A stretch of 64,000 bases of DNA from Patescibacteria group bacterium (GTDB lineage Bacteria; Patescibacteriota; Patescibacteriia; JBAZBY01): assembly GCA_041671225.1 (NCBI GenBank), contig JBAZBY010000001.1, positions 30,338 through 94,337 of the forward strand, given 5' to 3'. This document shows, piece after piece, positions 52,072-61,335 of this stretch (its first letter is position 1; each line of letters starts with the position of its first letter). Under the pieces are notes generated by a model. The model saw only the letters and a program-made list of their open reading frames with translations. It was not told the origin of the DNA and did not search any database. Made by a program: the position numbers and the translations under genes.

Positions 52072-52674
52072 CTAGCGAACCGGTGCCCGACGACGCTTTG
52101 CCGCCAGGATCCGCTGGTGGAAGGTTTCCCTTCCGCGCGTGTGACGCTCGTGGAATACCACAAGACGCTCACGGCGAACCGGAGGAGCGGAAAAGAATGA
52201 GCGAGCGGATCGAATGATTTTCATCTTGATCGAGAAGGGCACGTTCTTGCCGTGCTCCTTTGCGACCAAAACAAATTTCTCTCTTGCCGCCTTCATCTCT
52301 TCCTTGCTAATGGTGCGACCGAGTTCAGCCTCGGGAATCTCCTCGCGAACGAGGATTTCCGCCATCTTCTCGGGCATGCGGCCTATTGTCTGTTCGAGGA
52401 GGAGCTCGAGTGTTTTGCCCTCAGAAAAGAATCTACTGGACTTGACCAGTACGAAATGGAGAATGTTCTCCAATCCAACTCCTCCGAGGAGCATTTCCGT
52501 CTCAAACTCTCGTCTATCCTGGTTGGCCCTGATGGCCAGCGTGCGATACGCACCAGGCGCAAAGCCCCGGAGGAGCCCCAACAGGAACTCACTCACGGGC
52601 CTCGCAATCATTCCTGCGACCGCAGGAATACCGGCATCGAAACGCCGGAGAAACTGCGATGAAGACAACGGCAT
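52072..52674 (-). CDS. Hypothetical protein
   Basis: 200 aa; SD AAAGGA; own promoter. Confidence 0.6.
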   Translation of the reverse strand: MPLSSSQFLRRFDAGIPAVAGMIARPVSEFLLGLLRGFAPGAYRTLAIRANQDRREFETEMLLGGVGLENILHFVLVKSSRFFSEGKTLELLLEQTIGRMPEKMAEILVREEIPEAELGRTISKEEMKAAREKFVLVAKEHGKNVPFSIKMKIIRSARSFFSAPPVRRERLVVFHERHTRGRETFHQRILAAKRRRAPVR

Positions 52675-52761
52675 GGCCGTTTCCTTTCTCTGTGCGGTGC
52701 ACAGGTTTGAGGTGTAGATAGGTAGAACGAGAACGCGTATGATCCGATTTCAATTGCTTAA

Positions 52762-52823
52762 GTTGTCAAACAGCGAGCAAAAACCGGACACCGGAACATA
52801 CCAAAGAAATACATTTTTGTCAA
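52762..52823 (-). promoter_or_regulatory. Sigma70-type promoter plus boxA-like motif
   Basis: TTGACA-17 nt-TATGTT, then GCTGTTTGACAAC. Confidence 0.6.
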
Positions 52824-52833
52824 GTATTGAAAG

Positions 52834-52872
52834 AAAAAAAGAAGAGGGGTTCGCGCGAGCCAAACCCCTCTT
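52834..52872 (-). terminator. Intrinsic terminator
   Basis: aagaggggtt...aacccctctt stem with A7 on the plus strand. Confidence 0.7.
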
Positions 52873-52919
52873 GCCGCATGCTGAGTACAGCAGCGGGAAT
52901 GAGATGTGCAATCCCTCCC

Positions 52920-54395
52920 TCAACGGGAGCGGGTGGAAGAAGAGTCCTCCTGTGCGTGAAGCCAGCCCTCCTGCTGACCCAGCTTCTCCCACGCCTTCCG
53001 AAGGTCGGATGGCGCGGAATCCGCCGAAACTGCCTGGCCTCTGCCAGCCTCCATGTCCATCCGGGCAGTGCCGGGTCCGCGCTGCACGCGGAGCGTGACA
53101 TGATGTCCAGTGGACTTCATGAAACCCTCACGGCGCCCGAGCTCCTCCCAGGCCTTCCGGAGATCCGTGGTCATCCCCCCCTTGCGGAAGGGATTCTCGG
53201 TTTCCTCACGTTCCCTCGTAAGACGCGCGATGTCTTCAGCGGGATCATAAGCCCCGCCGCCGACCACGCGCGCCGCGATCCATACCGATTCATCGTGGAT
53301 CGCATCCTGCTTTTCCTGCGGCATCTCCGAATGGAAAACGCCGAGCAGGTGGTTCACCGGATGCGCGAGCAGAACTGCGAGCAGAGCGCACGCAGTGGCG
53401 ACGGTTGACCAGCGCACGTAGCGCCGGCGCCAGAACGTGCTGGCCAGCCAGTACGTGAGGCCCACGACGACAGAACGCCAGAACGAACGCGGCAGGGGTG
53501 GATCCTCGCCTTCAGGGAGCGGACGCTCTACGGGTTCGCCGGAACCGGCGAGCCACGCGGCGCGTACGTCACCCCAAAAGGACTCCACCGGACGCGGCAT
53601 GGGCTGCGGATCGAGGTCACCGAGTCCGCCAGCCAACCACTCGCGGTGGATGTGTCCGGGATAGCCCTTGAGAGAAATGATGATGTCACGTTCCCTCTCG
53701 GTCTTCGCCAGCCGGATGGTTTGGAACGGCGGTTCGCCAAAGCGATCTGTCGTTCCTTCGTGGCGATCCTCCGTCTCCGCGTTCGCGTCGACGATCTCCA
53801 CCACGATCCCCTCGAGCGGCTCATTGGTCTCACTGTTGGAGACCTGAATGATCGGGACAAACCTGCGCTGTCCCTGCTCAAAGGACACCCAGAGCTTAGG
53901 GATGATGGCCTGGCGAGGCCCGATCACTCCCTTGATGTTAAGGTCCGGATCGCTCTCCAGGCTGATCATCACGGGGATGTTCATGGCCTCGGAGACCGGA
54001 ACGCTCACCGAGAACATCGCCTTTCCTTCGACATCAAGGACGCTCGTGTTCCCGTACGGGAACGTCACGCCCGGATCGCGAAGGTCCATCTGCGCCGTAC
54101 CACGCATAGGCTCGTCGCCCAGCATGAACGTGGCGCAGATGTCGACGAGAACCACGCCGGGGCGGTTCTCGCTTTCCGTCCTCCGCAGCACCTCAAAGTG
54201 GATGCTGGGACGGCTGGTGCGGGGGGGTGCGGGTTGGGGAGCGCGCGGAGGCGGGGTATCGCGACGATCGTCGCGAGGCTCCGCTCTCCTCGGTTGGTCG
54301 CGGCGCGGGCCACGACCTCCTCTGCGTCCTCCCTCACGGGCGGGCGCTTCTCCTCCTGCTGCGCCGGGCGTACCGGCGGGGCTGTCTTCGGGCAT
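52920..54395 (-). CDS. Hypothetical single-TM protein with disordered N-terminus and internal repeats
   Basis: 491 aa; SD AAAGGAG; R/P-rich N-terminus; beta-rich middle; TM; DLRKAWExLG twice. Confidence 0.75.
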   Translation of the reverse strand: MPEDSPAGTPGAAGGEAPAREGGRRGGRGPRRDQPRRAEPRDDRRDTPPPRAPQPAPPRTSRPSIHFEVLRRTESENRPGVVLVDICATFMLGDEPMRGTAQMDLRDPGVTFPYGNTSVLDVEGKAMFSVSVPVSEAMNIPVMISLESDPDLNIKGVIGPRQAIIPKLWVSFEQGQRRFVPIIQVSNSETNEPLEGIVVEIVDANAETEDRHEGTTDRFGEPPFQTIRLAKTERERDIIISLKGYPGHIHREWLAGGLGDLDPQPMPRPVESFWGDVRAAWLAGSGEPVERPLPEGEDPPLPRSFWRSVVVGLTYWLASTFWRRRYVRWSTVATACALLAVLLAHPVNHLLGVFHSEMPQEKQDAIHDESVWIAARVVGGGAYDPAEDIARLTREREETENPFRKGGMTTDLRKAWEELGRREGFMKSTGHHVTLRVQRGPGTARMDMEAGRGQAVSADSAPSDLRKAWEKLGQQEGWLHAQEDSSSTRSR

Positions 54396-54440
54396 GCCGA
54401 ACTCCTTTCGCCGGAACTCCGGCTGGGTTGGAGAGTGCGC

Positions 54441-54564
54441 AAAAAAGAAAGCCTTCTCTGCGCGGCTTCAGAAACTTCTTCCAAATTGTTCAAGGTGCCT
54501 GCAATGCAACAAGAACAAGACATCAAGAACATCACAACCTAACAGAAAAGGCAGGCTTTGTCAA
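54441..54564 (-). promoter_or_regulatory. Promoter, boxA-like motif and leader terminator-like hairpin
   Basis: TTGACA-17 nt-TAGGTT; GCACCTTGAACAA; gaagcc...ggcttt followed by a T-run. Confidence 0.55.
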
Positions 54565-55381
54565 GGTGAACAGGCTGTAATGGCGCATCGAGAAAAAAGA
54601 GAATACTTCCAAAATGATCAGTACGGAGGTATGGAATGCCCTGATGATGTAATATATCCAGCACTTCCTGATGTGGATGCCCAAAACGATTCTCTGCGCC
54701 ACAGGAAATAATGGCGAGCTCAGGAGCAATGTTTTTAATAAATGCAGGGTCAGAAGATGTGTGCGAACCATGATGGCCAAGCCGCAAAATATCAGCATGT
54801 ATATCTGGATTCCTTGCGAGTATCTGCTGCTCCACTGTAATCGACGCATCGCCTGTCAAAAAAAATGATGCATCACCTGTCAAAAATTGCAGAACAATAC
54901 TCATCTCATTTGAGTCTTCACTATCGTTCTCCAAAGGCCACAGCACAACAATCGATGCACCATCAAAAAATTGCAATCTCCTTCCGGGTACGGGTCGCTC
55001 AATGGCAATGCCGCGTTCCTGAATGTTTTGTCTGAATGTCTCCCACGCCCCGGGTTTGTCCGATGCGATCCAAAACTGATCGAAGGTGTACCGCTCCATA
55101 AGCTCTCCAAATCCAGCATAGTGATCCGTATCCGGATGCGTCACCACGGCAAGTTCAATAGTCCGGTCAAAATAAGGAAGCACGCGATCCAACTGCTCAA
55201 CAACGCTGCGGTCTGGCCCGGCATCAATGAGAATAGTCGTGTTGTCCGCAAGTTGAATAACTGTTGCGTCACCCTGCCCCACATCAAGAAAGGCAATGAA
55301 GGCCGCGGGGCGCCCAAGTTGCTTGCTACCAAGTGTGATAAAGATAGCAAGCACGATTGAAAGTGCTACAAACTTACGCAT
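54539..55381 (-). CDS. ComEC/Rec2 metallo-beta-lactamase-fold subunit
   Basis: FLDVGQGDA, THPDTDH, LTGD, HHGS, NRFGHPH, RTD. Confidence 0.92.
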   Translation of the reverse strand: MRKFVALSIVLAIFITLGSKQLGRPAAFIAFLDVGQGDATVIQLADNTTILIDAGPDRSVVEQLDRVLPYFDRTIELAVVTHPDTDHYAGFGELMERYTFDQFWIASDKPGAWETFRQNIQERGIAIERPVPGRRLQFFDGASIVVLWPLENDSEDSNEMSIVLQFLTGDASFFLTGDASITVEQQILARNPDIHADILRLGHHGSHTSSDPAFIKNIAPELAIISCGAENRFGHPHQEVLDILHHQGIPYLRTDHFGSILFFLDAPLQPVHLDKACLFC

Positions 55382-56819
55382 GGCGCCTCCATCGCAACAG
55401 TTGAAATGCGTACACCGGCACCACCATAGCCACAACAAGCACCCAGGCGGAAAATCCGGGAACAAGCACGAGTGCATGCGGCACATGCGCAAAGCCTTCG
55501 GCAACGCGTGTCACAAAAAAGAGCATACCCTGCGCAATGCTCCCTACGGCACTACCGAGCATAGGATGGATGAGCCCAAGCAACGCCGCCACGCCTCCAA
55601 AAAGACTTGCAAGTGGTAACAACGGAACGGTGAGAATGTTTGCAAGGAGTGCAAACAGTGGAAAGGTGCCAAACGTCCAAAGGCTGATGGGGAGTGTAAA
55701 AAGAATCGCAACGATACTTGCCGCGACGGTATCGCGAAGCTCAAAAACACTCGGTAGAAACTGTATTCGTTCTGCGAGTGGCGTGCTGGCAACAACAAGC
55801 CCGACGGTTGCCAAAACAGAAAGCTGAAACCCCACATCAAAAAGCAACCAATACGGCCGGATGACAATCATCACAAACGCCGCGCACAGCAGAATATTCA
55901 TGGTATCCCCTTGCCTGCCAAACGCGCGCCCAACAACAACGAGCGCGCCCATAATCGCCGCGCGTATGACCGACCCTTCTGCACCAACAAGCAGCACATA
56001 CAGCAACACACAACCCAGTACAAGTGGTAGTGCGAGGCGGCGCTTCATCACCTTCAAAAGACCGGCTTCAACAAGCACAATCACCATAGTGATATTCCAA
56101 CCGGAAACCGCAACAATGTGTGAAAGACCTGTCTGAGAAAAAGATGTGCGGATACTTGTTTCCTGTGCGGATGCCCTGCCAAGCAGAATACCGGTAAGCA
56201 AACTTCCTTCCGGTTCCGGAAAAATGCGTTTGATGGATCCGAGAAACTGCTGCTTCACCGCAAAAAGAGGCGCGCGGATATCATCAACCGCACCGAGTTT
56301 TGTAAAAGCATACGGCCGCGAGCACGTTGCATGTACGTTCTGTCCAGCCAAAAACCATTGATAATAAAAAATCCGGCCGTTGTCCTCAATGGACTCAGGT
56401 TTGCGTATCGTACACGTTATTTTTATCTCATCAAAAACAACAACGCTTGGGAGCACAGGAAGCGAGAGGACAATCTGACCCTGCGCCTCCTGTCCGTTGA
56501 TCTGGAGTCGCCCGAGTGTTACGCGTTGCGCATCCACGCGTTGTTCCACATCCCGTGAAATCACACCCTGCACCTCAGCACGTTCATCAAACAAAAAATG
56601 CGCGGTGACACTCTCATGTGTATGAATACAGTATTGCGTCCACATGAATCCGCCAAAAAAGGCAACCGCGCCAAAAATCAAAAACATATCCACGCGGTGG
56701 CGCATAAAAGACACTGCCAACATAAAAAAACCAACTGCAAAGGGCAGCCCTGCTTCACCAAAAGCCAGGCTCACGCCGGCAAAAAAACAAAGGATGCTAA
56801 AACGAAATCGGTGGCTCAT
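55374..56819 (-). CDS. comEC: ComEC/Rec2 competence membrane channel
   Basis: TGLSHIVAVSGWN, SVIRAAIM, DVGFQLSVLAT. Confidence 0.93.
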   Translation of the reverse strand: MSHRFRFSILCFFAGVSLAFGEAGLPFAVGFFMLAVSFMRHRVDMFLIFGAVAFFGGFMWTQYCIHTHESVTAHFLFDERAEVQGVISRDVEQRVDAQRVTLGRLQINGQEAQGQIVLSLPVLPSVVVFDEIKITCTIRKPESIEDNGRIFYYQWFLAGQNVHATCSRPYAFTKLGAVDDIRAPLFAVKQQFLGSIKRIFPEPEGSLLTGILLGRASAQETSIRTSFSQTGLSHIVAVSGWNITMVIVLVEAGLLKVMKRRLALPLVLGCVLLYVLLVGAEGSVIRAAIMGALVVVGRAFGRQGDTMNILLCAAFVMIVIRPYWLLFDVGFQLSVLATVGLVVASTPLAERIQFLPSVFELRDTVAASIVAILFTLPISLWTFGTFPLFALLANILTVPLLPLASLFGGVAALLGLIHPMLGSAVGSIAQGMLFFVTRVAEGFAHVPHALVLVPGFSAWVLVVAMVVPVYAFQLLRWRRHA

Positions 56820-56874
56820 AGAAGTGCCACCGGTTATATGTCTACACTACAGCGTCGGATTGCTGTGCGTCAAG

Positions 56875-57976
56875 CTATTGCTTCTCGCGCGTTGCTGCTT
56901 GTCGACGAAGCTCTGCCTCAATAAATGGCAGAAGTGCGCCATTTAAAACCGTATCCGGATCGTTGCTTTCAAACTTCGTTCGATGATCCTTCACAAGTTT
57001 ATATGGATGCAATACGTAACTGCGTATCTGGTTTCCCCATGCCGCTTCGTGATATTCACCACGCAACTTTTCTTTTTCTGCCTGCTGCTTTTGCAACTCG
57101 ATCTGATGAAGTTTAACACGAAGAATCTTCATCGCTGTTTCTTTATTCTGTTTTTGTGAACGTTCGTTCTGTACGCTCACCGTAATATTCGTTGGGATGT
57201 GAACGATGCGCACCGCAGAATATGTCGTGTTCACGGACTGGCCGCCATGCCCAGAGGCCATAAATGTATCAATACGAAGTTCTTTCTCATCAATGGGAAT
57301 CTCAGCATCCAACTCCTCCAATTCCGGCAGTACCTCGCACAGCGCAAATGACGTGTGACGCAAATTGTCCGCGTTAAAGGGTGAGATGCGCACAAGTCGA
57401 TGTACGCCGGCTTCGTTTTTTAGATACCCATAGGCATAGCGTCCCTCTACCTGCACCATCACGGACTTTATACCCGCTTCTTCACCGCGCGATTCATCCA
57501 AAATCTTTGTGCGCCACCCTTGCTGCTCGGCAAAACGCAAGAACATCCGGAGTAATATTTCTGTCCAATCCTGCGCATCCACGCCTCCTGCGCCAGCATG
57601 AAGGGCGAGGATGGCATTATGCTCATCATACGATTCAGAAAGCAACACAATGAACTCAAAAGTCTCAAAACGCTTCTCAAGATCCGTCAATTGTGCTTCC
57701 AATTCATCGATGAGTGACGCATCATGTGATTCTGCAAAGGTCACCAAATCCGCGGCATCCTTCTCAAGCGCGGTAAATGCTTCGATCTCCTTTTTGAGAT
57801 CACTCAGTTGTTGCGAAACTTTTCGCGCGTGCTCTTGGTCGTTCCAAAACGCAGGCTCAGAAACCTGATCTTCCAACTCTAACAGTTTTTGCTTCTTGCC
57901 AGGAAGGTCAAAGATACCTCCCAGTCTTCTGCATTTTCTGTGTTAATTCTTTTGTACGTGTGTTGAGGTCTGCCAT
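56875..57976 (-). CDS. prfB: Peptide chain release factor 2 with programmed +1 frameshift
   Basis: ORF1 from ATG 57976 ends GGG AGG TAT CTT TGA C; +1 frame carries SPF and GGQ motifs. Confidence 0.96.
57907..57922 (-). promoter_or_regulatory. RF2 frameshift cassette
   Basis: GGGAGG-TAT-CTT-TGA-C. Confidence 0.93.
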
Positions 57977-57983
57977 GAAAGAG

Positions 57984-59198
57984 TTATTCGGCCCGCTCAG
58001 CAAGTTCAATATCTTTGGTAAGGGTTTCACCATCGTGTATATACTGTATGGTCACCACGTCACTAGGCGCGTATTGCGCGAGGATGCTCGAAAGCGAATG
58101 CTCGTTGGTAATCTTTTCTCCGTTAATTTCAAGAATAATATCATTCTCCACAAGACCAGCGAGATCCGCTGGAGAACCCGGCACAATGGCAAGTTGATCA
58201 TCGGTACGACCCTTCACGATCACGGCGCCATAATCAACAGGAAGGTCATTCAATTTTTGCACCTGTTCATCAACAACCGTATACCGCACGCCAAGGAACG
58301 GCAATATGATGCGGCCGGTCTCTTGAACACTCTCAATTGCCTGCTTTGCTTGGTTGATGGGAAAGGCAAACCCAACAAGCTGCCCTTCTGATGATACTGC
58401 GGTATTCACGCCGATCACCTGACCGGCAATATTCATCAGCGGACCACCGGAATTACCTGAATTAATGGCGGCATCAGTTTGAATGACGTCCTCGAGCGTT
58501 TCATAATTTCCTTGCCCGTCTCCCGCGGTAATGGTGCGCCCAAGCCCAGAAATAATGCCACGCGTTACCGTGTTGCGGAACTGTCCAAGCGCATTACCAA
58601 TAGCAATGACCGTCTGCCCGATCTTTATGGATTCTGATTCGCCAAGTTCAAGATAAGAAAGCTCTCCTTCTGCCTCAATCTGCACAATTGCAAGATCATA
58701 CACAGGATGACGCGCAAGAACCGTTGCAGTGTATTCATCGCCGGTATTCATAATAACGGTATACTCCGCTGATTCTTCTGAAACAACATGTCGGTTCGTC
58801 AAAATAAGACCATCGCTGGAAATGACAAAACCAGTACCACGCCCTGTTTCTCGACGCTGCCCGTCTTCTGTGCTTTGTGGTGTCTGCGGAACGCCAAAAA
58901 ATGAATCAAATGGTGACGTGCCCCCAAAAACTTCTGGTATGGCCTGTGTTTCAATGATACTCACAACGGCTGGTGATGCTGCCTCCACCACATCAACGGT
59001 TGCTGATTCTTCTTCCAGTGCAATTGCCTGCGTATTCACGCTTTGCGCAGACTCCTGAACATCAAACCCGGGCAGTACCGCTACCCAATCTTCGAGTGTG
59101 CCATTGCCTGCGAGTACGCCAAAAACACCACCTGAGAGTGCTCCGACGATAAGACTAATGAAAATAACGATTGTGAGTGATGATTTTTGTTCTGCCAT
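57984..59198 (-). CDS. HtrA/DegP-family serine protease with one PDZ domain
   Basis: GTGFVI, TNRHVV, DLA, QTDAAINSGNSGGPL, GSPADLAGL. Confidence 0.95.
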   Translation of the reverse strand: MAEQKSSLTIVIFISLIVGALSGGVFGVLAGNGTLEDWVAVLPGFDVQESAQSVNTQAIALEEESATVDVVEAASPAVVSIIETQAIPEVFGGTSPFDSFFGVPQTPQSTEDGQRRETGRGTGFVISSDGLILTNRHVVSEESAEYTVIMNTGDEYTATVLARHPVYDLAIVQIEAEGELSYLELGESESIKIGQTVIAIGNALGQFRNTVTRGIISGLGRTITAGDGQGNYETLEDVIQTDAAINSGNSGGPLMNIAGQVIGVNTAVSSEGQLVGFAFPINQAKQAIESVQETGRIILPFLGVRYTVVDEQVQKLNDLPVDYGAVIVKGRTDDQLAIVPGSPADLAGLVENDIILEINGEKITNEHSLSSILAQYAPSDVVTIQYIHDGETLTKDIELAERAE

Positions 59199-59261
59199 AG
59201 TCTACTACAAAGTGTAGGAGATAGGCCATAAATGGTCAAGTGCTCCTAAAAATGACATATG

Positions 59262-60173
59262 TTACTGCGTGGTGACGAACTGCTCCAATGATACAAAACT
59301 CTTGCCATCATCACGCAGCAGGCGAATGATCTCCGGCAACGCATTAGGCGTCGGGTCTGACCCGATGTGAATCAGAATGAGTCCGTTGGTGATCACGGCG
59401 TCGGTAACGCGAGAAATCACATCAAAACTCGTCGCGCCTGCCTGCCAATCAAGCGCATCCACGCTCCAGAGAACCGGACAATAGCCAGCGCTCACCACTG
59501 CATCAAATGTCGCATCATCAATCGCTCCGAATGGTGGACGCATGAACGGCTGCGTCGATCGGCCCGTAATGCCAGAAATAGTCTCATTCCCCTGTTCCAG
59601 TTCTTGAAGAATCGCGTCTTCAGAAAGCTCAGTAAGGTCCTCCTGTGATTGCGTCTGATTGTAGATAGGAAAACCGGCATCGGTAATCGCCTGTATGACG
59701 TCGGTGTGATCCTCTGCCCAGTTACCAGCAACAAAAAAAGCAGCCGGAACATTCTCCGTCGTCAGCGTATTGAGTACTGTCTGATACCCATCAGCATTTT
59801 GACGAAGTCCAAAGGTGAGCAAAACCTCGTTTGCACCCGGCCGGGAAATGATCTGATCACATTGTTCGCTCGGCGTGTAGTCTGCAAGGACAGCATCAAT
59901 ACTTTCAAAAGACGCCGCAGTGGGTTCTGCCGGTGTCTCTTCGCTACTGTTTGTATTGCTATTCGTGTTGCTGTTCGTGTTCGTCTGCTCCTCTATGGCA
60001 GTCGCTTCTGTCGTCGTATTCACTTCCGGAGCTTTTTTATCGCCACCGGTGAATAAGGTAATGATAAAAATTCCCGCAATGATAATCACGGCCCACCCGA
60101 TCAATTTCTTGGGTGCGGTGTGTGATTCACGGCGGTTCACGCGATACCGTTGATAGTCCTGCATCGTCGCCAT
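59262..60173 (-). CDS. Membrane-anchored polysaccharide deacetylase (CE4/NodB)-like protein with degenerate active site
   Basis: AAFFVAG, RPPFG, WSVDALDW, ILIH retained; TFDDG replaced by TFGLR. Confidence 0.85.
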   Translation of the reverse strand: MATMQDYQRYRVNRRESHTAPKKLIGWAVIIIAGIFIITLFTGGDKKAPEVNTTTEATAIEEQTNTNSNTNSNTNSSEETPAEPTAASFESIDAVLADYTPSEQCDQIISRPGANEVLLTFGLRQNADGYQTVLNTLTTENVPAAFFVAGNWAEDHTDVIQAITDAGFPIYNQTQSQEDLTELSEDAILQELEQGNETISGITGRSTQPFMRPPFGAIDDATFDAVVSAGYCPVLWSVDALDWQAGATSFDVISRVTDAVITNGLILIHIGSDPTPNALPEIIRLLRDDGKSFVSLEQFVTTQ

Positions 60174-60215
60174 ACTATTCGAGTATAGTGAAAAGCTCGC
60201 CTGAGGGCAATGTCT

Positions 60216-60746
60216 TCAATTGCTGACGGTAAGCGCTACGCGCTTCTTTTGCAGCGCAAAAACAAGTTCAAAAACGCCAACAAGCGCGGCAGTATAGATA
60301 AGATCGCCAGTCAGCATAGTACGGAAGAACGGCAGCGCCATTTCATACGATAACAACAACCCGCTGAAATCCTTTGTATACATGACCGTAAACTGCCACA
60401 CGGCCCAGTTTGTCACGAGAAAAAATAATGTGGACCCCGCGAGCGCACCTCCAATAATCCGTGTAGAAATTTCTGTGCGGCGCAAAAAGACACCAATAAG
60501 CACTGCCGCGGCAAAAGAACCCCACGTAAAAAGCACAATGTTATGCCAGCCAAGAAACACGTCACTCACAACCATTGTCAGTACCGGCACAAGCGCCACC
60601 CACTTCCCGCGAAAGTACATTCCAGAAACGAGCGCAATCGCCGTCAGTGGCGTGAAGTTCGCTGGATGCGGAACCATTCGCATCACAACGCCAAAAACAA
60701 GAAGACTGAATGCAAGTAAGAGCGTTGTTTTAAATGAAAATCTCAT
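60216..60746 (-). CDS. DUF6580-like putative vitamin transporter (ECF S-component-like)
   Basis: RMVPHPANFTPLTAIAL, SDVFLG, FFLVTNWAVW, ALPFFR; about six TMs. Confidence 0.75.
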   Translation of the reverse strand: MRFSFKTTLLLAFSLLVFGVVMRMVPHPANFTPLTAIALVSGMYFRGKWVALVPVLTMVVSDVFLGWHNIVLFTWGSFAAAVLIGVFLRRTEISTRIIGGALAGSTLFFLVTNWAVWQFTVMYTKDFSGLLLSYEMALPFFRTMLTGDLIYTAALVGVFELVFALQKKRVALTVSN

Positions 60747-60750
60747 ATCG

Positions 60751-61335
60751 TTAAAAGTCTATTCCTTTTTGCGCTAGGATACCCTGATAATAGGGATGCT
60801 TGATCATCTTCATTTCTGTGACGAGGTGTGCCTGTTTTTCAAGCGTAGGATAGCGGTCATGACCGGTAATGACAAGGGTCACGCGCTCTGGACGTACGCG
60901 CATAAGCCCTGCAACGTCGCGCACGCTCAGAAGGTTTGCCTCAACAGCAGAGACAGCCTCATCACAGACCACGACATCATACATCCCAGATGTCAGAAGT
61001 TTCTTTACCTTCGTGAGGCCATGTTTTGCTGCAGTAACATGCACACGGCGTGGCTTTGTGTCATCAAGAATGCCAACAAACCCTTCACCAACAGCCTCAA
61101 CCGTGATACCAGGAATCTTCACCAAGCTTTTGCGTTCGCCAGATGGCCATGTGCCCTTCATGAATTGAAAGTACAACACCTTGAGTCCATACGCGGCGGC
61201 GCGCACCGCAATGCCTATTGCTGCTGTGGTCTTTCCTTTTCCATCACCATAATAGTAAATGGCGAGGCCAGTTTTGCGATGCTTTCCTTTGGGAGCCTTT
61301 GTACGGCGACCCTTATCCGCACTTGGAGAAGCCAC
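60751..61335 (-). CDS. btuR: Cob(I)alamin adenosyltransferase (CobA/CobO/BtuR)
   Basis: YYGDGKGKTTAA, QFMKG, DE, VITG, KHPY...GIDF. Confidence 0.92.
   Translation of the reverse strand: MASPSADKGRRTKAPKGKHRKTGLAIYYYGDGKGKTTAAIGIAVRAAAYGLKVLYFQFMKGTWPSGERKSLVKIPGITVEAVGEGFVGILDDTKPRRVHVTAAKHGLTKVKKLLTSGMYDVVVCDEAVSAVEANLLSVRDVAGLMRVRPERVTLVITGHDRYPTLEKQAHLVTEMKMIKHPYYQGILAQKGIDF

Noticed and set aside
44295-54400. Integrative element at tmRNA or tRNA-Asp
   Set aside because: No integrase, and no duplicated 3' end (att site) noticed.
54539-56819. Split comEC as a pseudogene
   Set aside because: Both parts are intact, overlap by 8 nt, and the MBL part has its own N-terminal anchor. A two-gene arrangement is plausible and known.
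59940-59990. Tandem repeat encoding NTNS units
   Set aside because: Imperfect coding low-complexity linker, not a CRISPR or contingency locus.
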